Shown here in pieces: positions 39,227 to 52,379 of a stretch of 64,000 nucleotides of DNA. The notes beneath the pieces were generated by a model. That model was not told where the DNA came from. It was given only the letters and a program-made list of their open reading frames with translations, and searched no databases. Each line of letters begins with the position of its first letter. Within the stretch, counting starts at the first letter, position 1. A program made the position numbers and the translations under genes. Source of the stretch: Sphagnum compactum (taxonomy: Eukaryota); NCBI GenBank assembly GCA_965153455.1, contig OZ234494.1, positions 7,316,001 through 7,380,000 of the forward strand, written 5' to 3'.

Positions 39227-40447
39227 TCTACGTGAGTCCCATCTATCTGTTCAAGTGTTTGGCTTCATTTCTTTCTGTTTCTGCTGCTTATGATGCCGAT
39301 TCTGCGGCTTCCGAACTTTGTGCATTTTTTGGATTCTGACTCTTTTCTTTTGCAAAGTTTTCTCTCGTTGTTTGGATTCGGGTTGTCTGCGTCTCCGTTT
39401 TAGATTTTTTTCTTTTTGCTATCTTCGAGATTCTGATCGATCTCATTGATGCGAGATGTGTGAGCTACTCAGAATTTGAGTCTAGTTCGTTTTGCCGTTT
39501 GGAAAAACCGGTACGTTGATGCACCTCTGTAGTTCTGTTGCGAGGTGGATGATCTCCAGCGCTGGATTGCGACAACAAACATGTGTGTGAGATCATTGGA
39601 TGGTATTATCCACTGTTCTTGATCGACATGCATCTGTAGTATCTCTGAACTGTGCAAAGATCATTGGCTTTTTCAACTGCTTTGCAATGCAGGGTCCTCA
39701 AAGGAGTCCTTAACAGTGCCAGAAAAGGAGGACTGCCTTCACGTCTGGATAAAAATAATGATGCTTGCATTGACAACCCTATAGAGGCAGGGTTGTGAAT
39801 GACTCCTGTGTGTGTCATATGCGAGCTATGTTGTCAGGGGAGGAGTTGTGCATGGTTGCTTCATCCTTCTCATTTCTTGAGCAAGAAGAGAGGGGGAAAG
39901 TGCTTGGAGGTTTTTTCTGTCTGTTATGACAATGTGGTCCTTGCACTTAACAGCCTTCAAACACACACCAGGTATGAACATCGAGGTCTTATGTATTGAG
40001 CACATTTTGATGAATCTGGGTTGAGTGTACAAGCAAAAGGATATGATGCAATACAAGTACAAGATTGTAATAGTTCCTGAGTCAATCCTGAGTAGACTAC
40101 TTGCTCTGGAGATTTTGTAGATTTTGGAGATTTATACTGTGTGGATGATGATGGCCTTGCTCTGGACTAAGCATTATGATCAGCAGCATTTTTCAAGACA
40201 GCTGTGCAGTGATGTCTAATTGTTTGGTGGAACAAACCAGTTCAGGGTTAGGGCAGGTTTGTGCAGCAGCAGTGGAGAGATTATTCATGGTGAACTAACG
40301 TATCTTGAATTGGTTTACTGCAATTGCTGCAGCATCAGAGCATTCCCACTAGGTACTCCTGTTTTGGGCAAGGAGCCTCCAAGGACTGCAGTGAGTATGG
40401 TTTTATTCAAATTTTGAACTGGAACAGATGTGCCGTGGTCCTCTGGT

Positions 40448-41362
40448 ATGATGCCTTCTGCCATGAAACCTCCACGGCCTCCAAGCAAAAACAAGACAGT
40501 GCCTATGGTGACTGTTATCAGGAATGGCAACTATTTCAGAGATGAGAAGGGAGACAAGGCTTGGTGGATGTGCAATGTGGAGCAGGCAGTGCATTTGGTT
40601 CCTGTAGTCCTACTTGCATGCCTTCTCATTCTCTACATTTGCTCTTCTGCCCAGTTCCATGGTGAGTCTGCTGATTAAGTTACAACATCTCCTGTATTCT
40701 TAACCATGGGAACCACTGAAATTAGGGTTTCCAGTTCTGGAAAACATGTGTGAACCAACTTCAGATGCATTGTGTACAGTGTTTATCAGAAGAGTAAGCA
40801 GATCAGCTGGAAGAGAACTCACTGAGATGAGTGCAACTTTGCACAGACATTACTCTGTGTCAAACACTAACTCAAAATCTTTAGCACAGTCGTTTGGGTC
40901 TGGCTGAAATTCACCTATTTCCAAGAAGTCCTTATATCAGGATGCGTAGTTTTATCTGTTTGTTCGAGTCTCTGTTATCAAAGGGGCAAAACAAGAATTA
41001 TGCTGAATTGTCAGGACATGGGAAAGGCCTTCATAATGCAGGACAAATTGAGTCCAGAACAATGTACATCAGGGTGATTGTTTCTTTGTGGATAACCTCT
41101 CTTACATGTGGTCAATTGACTTCACAGTCTCATATACTTGTGTGCAGAATATAAAATGCTGGGTGACAAGATGAACCAGAATGTTGTTGAAGTGACAATG
41201 ATGACAGAACGGCACTTGCAACAGGCTGGGAGCTCAAAATCACAGGCAGAGGAACAACAGACATTGTCCATGCAAAGTTTGGAGAAAATTAGCACTGAGC
41301 TGCAGCATCATCCATCAGACCTACCAGTCAATCCCCTCATGCTCCGAGGTGTTGGTCATTGA
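40448..41362 (+). CDS. Uncharacterised small single-pass membrane protein (~142 aa)
   Basis: Exons 40448-40661 (donor G|GTGAGT) and 41148-41362 (acceptor TGCAG) join in frame. The hydrophobic motif EQAVHLVPVVLLACLLILYICS resembles a conserved plant AVH(L/I)IP..L..C..IL..S family of unknown function. The start codon choice is uncertain. Confidence 0.75.
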
Positions 41363-42039
41363 AACAGATTTTGGAACCAGTTGACAAAGACCAAGCAAGA
41401 AATGTCTCCTGCTAGCTGTAGGTTCTGCTGGAATCATCAAAGGAGCTAAGAACTAAGAACTTTGTACATGTTGTTTTCAAGGTCTTATGTTCAAAGTCTC
41501 CCATTGTGGGGAATTTCTTTAGACAGCAGCCAGACAAATGTGAGCAATGGTGGAGCAGAAGTCAGAGAACTCCATGGATTGAAAATGCGGCATCTAGGTT
41601 TTAAGGAAGGAAAAGGAGGATTAATGGATTAGGAGATGATGCAAGAACATAGAGACAAGCCAGTGTTGCTTGGGTTTTGGAACATATAGCTGCAGGAATT
41701 CTCCTGCTTTTTTGGTGTTTGTGTGCTGGCTTAAACTGTAGGAGTTTTGTATATTTCACACAAGTCATAAAAGGTGAAAGGTGAGGAGCTTGGTTGATGA
41801 TCACTTGGCTACTGATTTTCTTTCTGAGGATTGGACACAGGCTCTGATATCAGATAAAGCCCAAATATTTCCTGGGGAGGTGTACAGAGTCAGCTCAAAA
41901 CATTGCACCTGTAAACCATGGCCGATATATGCTAACTTTGGAATGCAGCTTATAGTTCCTTAAGTAGACAGTGCAGCCATGATTCAATTTCTCAATTTTA
42001 TGGGTTTGTGTTGTTTTGGTATTGACGTTTGAACGAATC

Positions 42040-42368
42040 AGCCTGGTCCTTGTATTGGTTACTATTTAAAAACTTTCAAACCACCCTGGTCCTGGTAGTC
42101 AGGGTACCTTTTAGGACTTTAATGTGAGCTTGATCCCTGTATTGGATTCTAGTATTTTTGTTTTTAATTTTTTCCCCCAAAATCTCTGTTCTGGTTCCTG
42201 TTCGACAACCAAATAGAAGCTGGAACCTGGTTTCAGGTTGGGTTCTTTAAGAAAGTAAATTCAGATTCCAGTTCCAAAAATCAGACCTGGTTCTGGTTTG
42301 GTTCTTACTAACCAGAATCAGAACTGGTGTCTTGTACCCACCAAAACGCTTACCCTCCCAACATTGGT
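42040..42368. repeat. MITE-like remnant with GGTTCTGGTT/AACCAGAA motifs
   Basis: Clustered GGTTC/GAACC motifs end in CCCAACATTGG. A similar terminus, ACAACATTGG, occurs near 24436. Confidence 0.35.
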
Positions 42369-42694
42369 GGAATCCGTGGGAGATTTGTTGCTCGCTTATT
42401 TGTAATGCAGTGCCAACTTTCTATGTATGCATTCCTGCTGCAGCACAGCCATTCCCATCAAATGTCATGCTTTCTGATGAAGATAGTAACCACAAGTAGT
42501 CCATGAGAATGGCATAAAATGGTAATGAATTGCAGTGGGAAATCTGCACAATCTCAACTCATGTGATTTTATCATCTTCTTGTTCACTGGGCCTTAACAA
42601 CGTGATCCAAAAAAGAACAAGAGAAGTTGCCCAAAAACACAATTTGATTCTCTTCACAACACAAACACCGACCAACACACAATCCTCAAATTCC

Positions 42695-43960
42695 TCAACT
42701 CTGGTCACGGGACCAAGGCCCACTCTTGCCTCCTGTTTTAGATTCAAGTTGGATGTCACAAATTCTGATGTCTTTTGACACAGCTTTGCACATATCATAC
42801 ACCGTAAGGCTAGCTACCGACACAGCTGTCAATGCTTCCATCTCAACTCCTGTAGGCCCAATTGTTGTCACTTTGGCCTCAATTCCCACTGAATGAGTTG
42901 CCTCATGAAGCCTCAAACTTACATCCACTCCACTCAGTAACAAATTGTGACATAAAGGAATGAGATTTGAGGTTTGCTTTGCACCCGAGATTCCTGCAAT
43001 TTTTGCAACAGTTAGAACGTCACCTTTTGACATAGAGTTGGCAGCAACAAGTGCAAAGGTGTGAGGCCCAAGGAGAACTCTGCCTGTGGCAACAGCCATT
43101 CTTTTTGTATCTGTTTTCTCTGAGATGTTCACCATAGCTGCCTTCCCAGACATGTCAACATGTGAGAGGTGCATCTCAGGTGCGACAATGTTTTCATCAT
43201 CATGGATGTTCTTGTTAACCATGTCTGGTTTGGCATCAAATACTGACTGAATTCTCTGCTGAATATCTGAATTTGGCCTAGGGTTTTTTGTTCCCAGCTG
43301 TGATGGAGATGCAAGTGGCGCACCAAATATAGACTCAAGCTCCTGCAAAATGAAAAATCGGAGCCAAGGTTTAGTACACACAATTGGTACAGGGAGGAAG
43401 TCTTCAAAGTTCTTCTTCTATGTTGTGTTAAGACCCTTTAGATTTACAAGACAAGAACCTTGTGGACACCTAGAAACAACTAGATTAGTCTTGTGTATAC
43501 AAAGCTCTCTCTCTTAAGGATGTTTGCAGAGAAGGGCAATCAGTTTTAGGGTTTGCAAAGGTTCAGAAGGAGAGTACAGCATGGCCAAGAACAATTAATG
43601 CCTCAACTAGGCTGATCAGAGAGCCTTTGATCAGTGTGGCATACATCAAAATAGGTGGGAGGGTAGGAACCTAAATACATTCTCAACTAGATTTGAGAAA
43701 AGCCTTTGAAGTGGCATTCATCAAAAGATGGGGAAGGGAAGGAACCTGAAATACATTCTCACCTTATTGAACTCTTCAACAGAATCTTCATCTTTGGAAT
43801 GGCTGAAGCTTCTAGACTGCAGCTGCTTCATAGCTTCAATCCATGGACTCCTTCCTAATGCAACATGCCTGCCATGAAGCACGGTGGATGATGATAATGA
43901 TGATAATGATGGCACCAAATTCTGAAGCAAATATCCTCCAGCTCTCTTCATCATCATCAT
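42695..43960 (-). CDS. CNX3: Cyclic pyranopterin monophosphate synthase (MoaC family, molybdenum cofactor biosynthesis), probable mitochondrial precursor, 281 aa
   Basis: Exons 43763-43960 and 42695-43342. MoaC motifs LSHVD..GKAAMVNIS.K, KGDVLTVAKIAGI.GAK.TS.LIPLCH, TGVEMEALTAVS, YDMCKAV and KTGGKSG. The N-terminus is Ser/Arg-rich and presequence-like. Confidence 0.96.
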
Positions 43961-44403
43961 ATGCTCTCTCTCTCTCCCTTGAAGAAGAACCCCCTTACAA
44001 CAATCCGGTGCTTGATTAGTCAGTCAGCCTTTCCTTTCCCCTCTTCTAGATCTTCCTTCATCTTGAGCTTTGAACAAACTTTGCAAAGAATCTGCTGCAC
44101 ACCAGTTTGAAAACTTTACATTTCCATGTTTGTTTCAAGAATATTATTGTTTCTATACAAAAAGAAATCGAAGAGCTCTGATGTGGGTGGTGGTGGTGGT
44201 GGTGTTGGGCACATGCCACAATCCGAATCTCTGAAGCAAGTCATCAACAGAAAAACTTGATGAGAATCCCTCCACAAGAGCTGAAGAGATGGAGAATTGT
44301 GAACATGGGCGTCATTCGATCCTAAAGACCATTTGGAATTGTAACAGACTTCGTCTTCTTCTGCTCTTGCAATTCGCAGAGGTGCCCTCGCGTACGCATT
44401 TGT

Positions 44404-44561
44404 AAACCCTAAAAAGCCCATGACGCTGAAATTCTGTCATTCTCCGTTTTCAGTACTGTGGTGCGCCTGAGTTTGATCCTCGAGTTCAAACTTTCAGGGT
44501 TGAGAATTTGTTAGAAAGCTTAGAGATTTATTTTTGGGTGAGAAAGAGACCCTAAACCCTA
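44404..44561. promoter_or_regulatory. Divergent promoter region with telo-boxes and a site II motif
   Basis: AAACCCTA at 44404 and 44554, and AGCCCA (reverse of TGGGCT) at 44415. These lie between divergent ATGs at 43960 (-) and 44623 (+). Confidence 0.5.
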
Positions 44562-44622
44562 AGCATTTGCATGAGCTCTGACAATAGGATTTTTCTCTAC
44601 GAGATTGTTGGGAGAATTTGCG

Positions 44623-46874
44623 ATGGAGTTGTTGCGCGCCGACGCATTCGAGCGTCTCGTGCCTGGGCGACGCCTCGTCTTCACGTACCCTGTTGTTGTG
44701 GCATGCGAGAAAGCGGGGAACAACAGCAGGAGGAGAGTGAGTGTGGTGGTGATGGATTCCGCCGTGGACCGGAGGGATAGCCGGGTGGAGTGCGCGGCAA
44801 TGGTGGTGCCATGCCACAAAGAGCGAGACTGGATCTACGCTTCCGAGGGAGGTCAGTGGCAGCTTTTGGCATCGGCTGCCGCATCCAGGTTGATCGTGAT
44901 CTTCAGAAACGGGGTTCTGTTGGGAGAAGGAGGAGAGGTGAGAGAGGAGGAGGAGGCGCCGAGTGAAAGACCTAGGAAGAAGAAGAAGAAGAAGAAGAAG
45001 AAGAAAGGGTTGTCGACAGAAAGGAAGAAATTGAATGGAATGAGTGGGAACCGAGAGCAAGAGCAAGGATGCAGACATGAAAACCAAAAATTCATGAAAG
45101 AGGATTGCAATGGATGTGAGAACAGCAGGGGACGTGCTAGGATTGGAGACGGAGACGAGGAGGAGGATTTTGTGCAATTTTGTGATTGTGAGAACTGTGA
45201 TAATGATGATGATGACGATGAAGGATTGAAGAAACAATTGGGTCCCCTTGTTGTTGCTCTTGCTCCCAGAATCTGCTTCCAAGCTGGGCCACCAGTCATC
45301 CCTTTTGTGTCATACGCAGACAACATTCTGCAGCGCATTGTTGTGGAGGGAGCTTACTCCACTTTGACAGGTGCTATAGTGGTGGAGGACGTAGCACTAC
45401 TTGATGAGAATGCCACCATCAGCAATAGTGGCGGCAGCAGTGGCAGAACTGATGATTCCAAGGACACTGATGTGCAATTTCTGCCTTGTGTTGTTGATGA
45501 AGGTTTGAGAAGAAAGGCACCACAGTTGAAACAGCTCTGTGATGAGGAAGATAGATACAGCAAATCTGTTAGGGTTGTATGGAGACGCAGGCTTCGATTC
45601 AAGAGGATGCCCAATTTGATCCAAACTGAGGTGTCACTAAATTTCCAATCAGGGACACAAACTTCAGCTTCTGAAGCACAGAGTAATGTCAAGGACCTGA
45701 GTTCTGTAGATAGGATCGTCCATGGTAGAACTCAGAGACTAGGAGTGTGTGGACAAACTAATGGAGGACTTCACTTGGACCATAGCCGACTGGTTCATAA
45801 ATACTTAGCACCAATCGTGGCAGGGCTTGTTCTGGTAGCTCCTGCCCTTGAAGCATGGATGGAGCTTGGCAAAAGGGTCAAAGTGCTGGCTCTTGGAATT
45901 GGTGGTGGTGCCCTTCCCATCTTTTTGCACAAGCATTTTGGTTTCCACGTTCAGGTATGCATTTCATTCTCCCCCATCTCTGATGTCCATAATTGATTGT
46001 ATCCAGCTGCAATGTCCCAAGTGAACTGTGCAGATTGGGCTTTTCTTTGTCTGCAGTGTGTTGCTTTGGTAAGCAAGGAGGGGGTGGTGATTCTTGCTTG
46101 CATGATGCATGATGGTAGGCTGTGGAGTTGGATGAAGTCGTACTGGACCTTGCTTGCAGACACTTTGGCCTCATTGAAGATGCGCTGATGACAGTGGAAG
46201 TTGGGGATGGGACTGTGACAATTGATAGAATTGCCATGCAAGTTGCACGTACTGGTACTGTAGCAGTCCCACTGCTTGAGGCATGGCAACAGGCCTGTGA
46301 CAACAGTGCCCATCATCCCTCATCTCTTTCAGATCTCAATTCTGACTTCACTCATAAGGATGAAAAATCAGTCACTGAGCATAGAGTGTTAGTAGACAGC
46401 AATATTCTGAATGTTGGCTGTAAGAATTGCCACAGAGCTCACTCAGACAAGAGTAGCATGTTATGTGAATCATGTGATCCACGAGTCCATGTTATAATTG
46501 TTGATGTGGATGAAGGAGATGCTAGGTTGGGTCTTAGTTCTCCACCTTCTTCCTTCCTCCAGTGCAGGTTTCTCATGGGCACAAAAATTGCATTGCACAA
46601 AGGGGGCATATTGGCCATGAATGTAGTGCCATTTGGAGAGACTCTGTATCAAGGGGTCATAGCTACACTAATGGGTGTGTTTGAAGAGGTCTATGAAACT
46701 TTTGTAGAAGATGATGTGAACCGAGTAGTGTTTGCCTTGCCATCAGCAGCTGCATGTGTTCCCCTGGATGGCCCCTTGGTTAGCCTTATCAAACAGCTAG
46801 TGGATGCACAATTGTTGACACGAATACACAAGGTTGGTGTGAGTAATACAGAGTCAAAGGAACTGGTTGTTTGA
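44623..46874 (+). CDS. SAM-dependent methyltransferase, METTL13 C-terminal (spermidine-synthase-like) domain family, ~695 aa
   Basis: Exons 44623-45954 and 46119-46874 join in frame. Motifs AAMVVP..KERDWIYASEGGQWQLL, RRRLRFKRMPNLIQTE, LVHKYLAPIVAGL, SAM-binding VLALGIGGGALPIFL, AVELDEVV..A..HFG, VGDG, IIVDVD, PP..FL and GILAMNV. Confidence 0.9.
44977..45006 (+). repeat. (AAG)n microsatellite encoding a poly-Lys tract
   Basis: AAG run translated as RPRKKKKKKKKKKG. Confidence 0.9.
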
Positions 46875-47789
46875 TTCCACAGCAACATTACATTAGATGC
46901 AATCTACAATGTGCCCGGGCACATGGTGTATGGAAGGCTAATGGATGCGAAAGAGATTCTCTTGTTTTTTTGCAGTTGTGATGCAGAAACATGGATGTGG
47001 TCTGAATAGAGAACTACACACTGAACTGCAGCAGCAGAATTCCCTGATCAGAGACCTCTTTTGTGTGATATCACCTACAGTACGCAGGTATTGAAATAGT
47101 CTTTATTCCTCACGACCATTCTAATATTTCTATTCCTGCTCAGTTGGGCATTGTTGATAGTCAGTTCCATGAGATTGCGCATTGTGATTTTAAAGTTTTA
47201 TTTGGTTCTCAGATGGTCAGTTTCATTGTCCTTATGAACAAAACCCTAAACCCTAATAAAGGCTACCCTTCAAGATTTCTCTAAAACAGGACTAGATATT
47301 TGCTCAATAAAGAGAAATTTCATTTTGAAAATTCAAATGTTCAGAGTCTCCCTAATGATTTTGTACATTGCCCTGTAGTTGTGGAACATTTTGAAGCTCA
47401 GTTTTGTCTCATTATTTTCTCCCCTTTTTGTCTGTCATTATTTTGTTCTTTTTTCTTTATGTGCCTCCTTGTTTGTTTCTTGTATTGTTTCCTTTCTTTG
47501 GTGTAAGTTGCACAGCCATCTTCCCTCTTTTTAAAAACCTTGGAGATTTCTCACTTTGTTATTTGAGGATGATCCCCAAGTGCAGTTGTCCCTATTAGGG
47601 TTTCTCTGTGTTTCTTTGGTGGGCAGTTCTGCAGAATCTCCTTCTCAGGAAGGAAATTGTGCACTCAGCTTTTGCTTGTTTATCGGTTTTTATGTGCCAG
47701 CAGAGGATAAACATTTAGATGGATTTTCAGACTGAATGCTCACTAGATCAAGGTGTCACAGACTTGCAGGCCCTGCCCATATATAACAC

Positions 47790-47905
47790 ATCGTACATGT
47801 ATGTGTACATGCATACATAGATATATATGTTCATGTTTTGTTTGTGTGTATATATACATATACATATATAGGTGTATACATGTAGATAGATACATACATA
47901 TATGG
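47790..47905. repeat. Low-complexity TA/CA/TG microsatellite-like tract
   Basis: Alternating purine-pyrimidine sequence (TATATACATATACATATATA and similar). Confidence 0.7.
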
Positions 47906-49789
47906 ATGGAAGTTTTGCAAGAATTAAAAATTGTGTTCAATTTTTTGAAACGTGGATTGGAGTATGTTGAAATTTTATGAAATTTGTGCTTGAAATAATT
48001 GACATTACATCAAAATTTGTAATGTTCTTATGTTTGTATATGTGTGTGAATGTGTGTGTGTTATTGTGCTGTTTTGTTTGTGTGTGTGTTAAATTATGTG
48101 TTAAAATATTTGAAATTTGTTAAAACTTATGATAGTTGTGCAAATGTATATTCAAAATTTATGGTTCTTAGCATAGAATGTTATCATGTTGAAAAATGTT
48201 GACAATGGTGTAATTATATCATACAACAAAATTATCCTTATCCAATTTAGCCCTTTCTTGGTACCCTTTTCATTTTGTCACCCCTTTTTTTTGGTTGTTA
48301 TCCATGAAGACCCCAAATGAATTGATCAAATAACAAAACTTGGCATGAGATGTTAAATTCTACTATAATTTGCATTTAATGCAAATGTGGTGTTGTCAAC
48401 CATCTTTTAGTTGTTTATTTCAAGATTTGCATTGAATACTATATTTAGGCCCAAATTCTATTTAGCAATTCCATATGTGCAAAAAATAGTTTGATCACGA
48501 TTGTGGCACCCAATGCAAATGAATTAAGCAATTTAATGTTCACCTAACCATTTTGACTTGTTTTGAACCATTAATGAATAATTTCATCCCCTGTTTGGGG
48601 TACTTTACAAATAACTTTAATCCTTTCTATTTGAACATATCACTACAAACATAATCATGAAATGATTTGTTCTTATGTTTTGAAAACTTTGTCTAAGATA
48701 TGTTTCAATATAAAATGTCATCACATCAAAAAAATGTAAACAACAATATTCATTTCCCACCTTTTTATTGTTCCTTTCATAGTTTGAATGAACCACAACT
48801 ATAAATGAATTGTTATCTACCATTATATAAGTATATTATTTCACTCATTATAGCTATTTATGAACAATTAAAATAATTATTCTATATTTTTAATAATTAT
48901 ATTTTTCCTACGAAAATAATATTTGCATTTGTATAATAATTTGTTAGATTTCCATTATAACTAACAATAATTATTATAAAATAATAAAACTGAAAATACA
49001 AATTATGTATCAATAATTTACTATAATCAATTACTAATTAATAATGAATAAATATTAATTATAAATTTGAAATATAAAAACTTATAACTATATATTAATC
49101 TTTCTTGGTAATTATTATAATATAATAGTACTTCATAATTGATTACTTATAATAATTATTATTATGTAGTTTGTAGCTAGCCTAGGTGAGCTATTTTATT
49201 ACTATTATTATTATATATTATTATGTCACTTGTTAGAGCTATTGTGATTTATTATAATTTTTAATAAATAAAAATTTAACTCTTAATAAATACATTACTC
49301 ATTTGAAAATAATATAATAATAATATATGTTAGATTTTTAGTAATTATTTCAGTAATTGTATAATTATTTTTCCTATCATTCTAATATCATCATCATCAT
49401 TATGATCATTGTGTAATGAAATTTACTATTTTAAAAATTTAATGAAAGATAATTTTGAAAAATATTTTCTATTACATGTAATTTATATTAATTTATATAA
49501 TAATAGTAATAGTAATAATAATAATATATAATAATTTAAAGAAATATAATAAGATGGTTTGTATAAACTTGTAATAGGGGCACAATATATTTAATAAATA
49601 TCTTACATAAAAATTTTAAATACTTAAAATATACATTAATTAGTGTAACCATAATATTGAGGCCATTTTGTTAATAATAATATTTGAATACACATGTTAT
49701 ATGGTTGTTCATATACATTCAAAATAGAAATTTATAAATCCTAATACACTAAATTGTATTCCTTAAAATTCACAAAATACACCTTTGTG

Positions 49790-50047
49790 TATTCATAGGG
49801 TTGCAACTAAATTGGTCACATTTGCAATTAATGGGACATAAATTATTTTTCTTGGATGAAAACCAAACTAAATGTTGTTCACATGGAAAGATGAACACCA
49901 AAATAGTTGTAAACTAGTTGTAGTGTAGTCGTAGATATGACCAACATAAGAAATAATTGCAAAAATGTCTAAATGTAATTGCAAATAACTAATAGTCACA
50001 TGTAATTGCAAATAGAATGATTACATTTTGGCCAATTTTCACTAGTG
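49790..50047. mobile_element. CACTA-like terminus with subterminal repeats, next to an extremely AT-rich tract (~48840-49620)
   Basis: TTTTCACTAGTG ending at 50047 reads CACTAGTGAAAA on the minus strand. TTGCAA/TAGTTG motifs repeat just inside. Confidence 0.5.
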
Positions 50048-50404
50048 TCTCACAACCTTTCAATGAAACTCCAAGACCAAATAGTGCCATATTGAGTTGG
50101 CATTTACATGGCATCGTTTTGAAAGAAAAATCAATTAGTACATAGTCCCAAAAGGAGGGGGGGGGGACTTGTCACTATGTATCAAAATTATATCCATTAA
50201 AGATTGTATCATTTGGGCAAGTATTATGTGAGGGAGTTTTATTTTGGCTTGCCTTATTATTATCCAAATTTTTAATGTCCACAATTTTTTTTGTTGGTTT
50301 TTTTCATTTCTAAAGTTGTGAAAGAATGGAAAATTAGACTTTGACAAAGAAAATGAATTCATCTTTTTGCCAACTTAAGGGAATAAATAGTCAAATAAAA
50401 TATC

Positions 50405-51770
50405 AATGGCCGGAACCATCACAAGGAAAACAAAAAGGGAAGGAAAAAGAAAGGCCAAAAACGACCAGCTTGTAGGAACCAAAAAAAAAGGAGAGAGTTA
50501 ATCCCTTTCGTGGTAGGAAGTTATCTCGCCCACGGCCCCTCTAATGTCACCTACATGCAAATTATGAGACCTAATAATAACGGGAGGTTTAGAACATGCA
50601 TCACCCATCGACATAATCTTCCTCTTTGTAGCAGAAACTAAAACACGCTGAAGGGCAATACTAACATGTTGCCTGAAAAATTAAATGCAAAAAGATAAGG
50701 ATAAATGACCTCTTGATCGTTTATCATGGAAAAGACGGGTGCATTCCTTGATGAAACAATCCATATCACGTTCAGGTGCGCTGTGCACCTCCATGGCCAT
50801 TGGACTAAAATGGTGCCCCTCATGAAACCTTTTATACTTGTAAATATTAGCAATGGTGTTAAATTTTGCAGTTGCACCTGCTGGTTGAGTAATGACATTT
50901 GAAGCCACTGTTTCATGTGTCGGGTTAATAACCACCACATCAACAATGAAGACTTGGTCCTCTCAGGTCATGTAAAGATCAATTCGTAATGAAACTCTTA
51001 ACGTAAGGGTGTATTGTCATTTTCTCCATATGACGTGCCCATTTTCTCGAACAAACGCATACATGACGTTTCAGATGGTGTCATGTGTGGCTATCCACTG
51101 ACCTCGAAATGGGCAATGAGCTAAATGCGTGCCATATGCGTTTAACCCATGTTCGCACTCACATGTGAGGAAACTAAATGTTGATGGTTGAATCAAACCG
51201 AGACAAAAATGCAACGTTGAGGTGAAAGTAAAGTGTGCGATGCGAAACGAACAAATAGATGGGCTAACAACCAACCATAGCCTTGCCCCCTTGCCCGAAC
51301 AAGAACGAATGTGGGCTCTGGATGCTGAGGAAATGGAGTCAACCTCTAAGATAGACCTAAGGGATGTGTCGTGGTGGAAGTCCATCAAAGATGCCTGTAG
51401 ACCTGGGGTGCTAGTAATTGTTAAACTCTCAAAAGGAGGGCGCATATCCTTAGTTGCAAAAGGAAGGCCATCTCGCTACACGTAAGTAAGACTAAAACAA
51501 GTGGCCCCCCCCTTGAATTTGAGAAACATACTATTCCAAAACGGGTCTATCGAAAATACGAAACCTAGAGCACAAATACGAAACCACCAGAAGTCAACTC
51601 CCTAAAAAAGCAGATGAGGCACAATCCTCCATAGAGAGTAGGCCTATAGCACCAAAGAATATCGGTAGTCAAGCCTGACGCTTCGCTAAGGGGCCCTAAA
51701 AAGATTCTTATGATTTTGGACCCATAATGTCCCCACATACTTGCATAATTTAGGTAAAAAACCTTTTTGT
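50405..51770 (-). mobile_element. 5'-truncated, decayed non-LTR retrotransposon with C-terminal CCHC knuckle and restriction-like endonuclease (CRE-like)
   Basis: Minus-strand translation gives an RT-thumb-like QA*LPIFFGAIGL..SAFLGS and a knuckle CECEHGLNAYGTHLAHC..G.WIATHD. The endonuclease part reads RIDLYMT*EDQVFIVDVVVINP, KYKRFHEGHHFSPMAMEVHS and VSIALQR. The stop is near 50499, followed by a pyrimidine-rich tail. Confidence 0.8.
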
Positions 51771-52379
51771 CCATTGTCAAAGGTGTGATCGACCATTTAC
51801 AACGCTTTTTTTTTTTCTACTTCTTTCATTCAAGTATGAATTAAATGTTTTTTAAAACTAACACCATTTTCTTAATAAATAAGCTTTCTATCATCACGTT
51901 CATGCACATAGAGATTGCTTGCTTTTAAAAATGAAAATAATGTTGATGGATCATTTTTTAAAAAAAAGTAAACACCAAGCCACAACACAATATAACTCCT
52001 AATTACCCATTCTTCCCTAAAAAATCCAAAACTAGCAAATCCAAAATGATATGGTTCCAACACTTTGGATGTTTTCTAAGTTTCACACGATGAACCATAA
52101 TTGATGGTAAGTTTTGTGAGGTATTTACATAGTCCCCATCTAGTTTCTCTCTACTAACTTACATTTATTGGTTATGCTTTTAAGGAAGGAACTATGGAAT
52201 GGTGGCTATTTCATTTGGTCCATATGATAAGGTGACAATTCATCTCACAATGAAACACATTGGAAATTTATGTGTGTGTGACAAACATCATTAGGTGCCA
52301 TTGGAAATTTGATGGGGTGGGAACACCACAATAGGAACTAAAATTAATATCTTCATGGTGCAAGTGTAGATTTCTTTTC

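Noticed and set aside
44494..45692. Long minus-strand ORFs (262, 161 and 112 aa)
   Set aside because: They are low-complexity antisense shadows of the methyltransferase exon.
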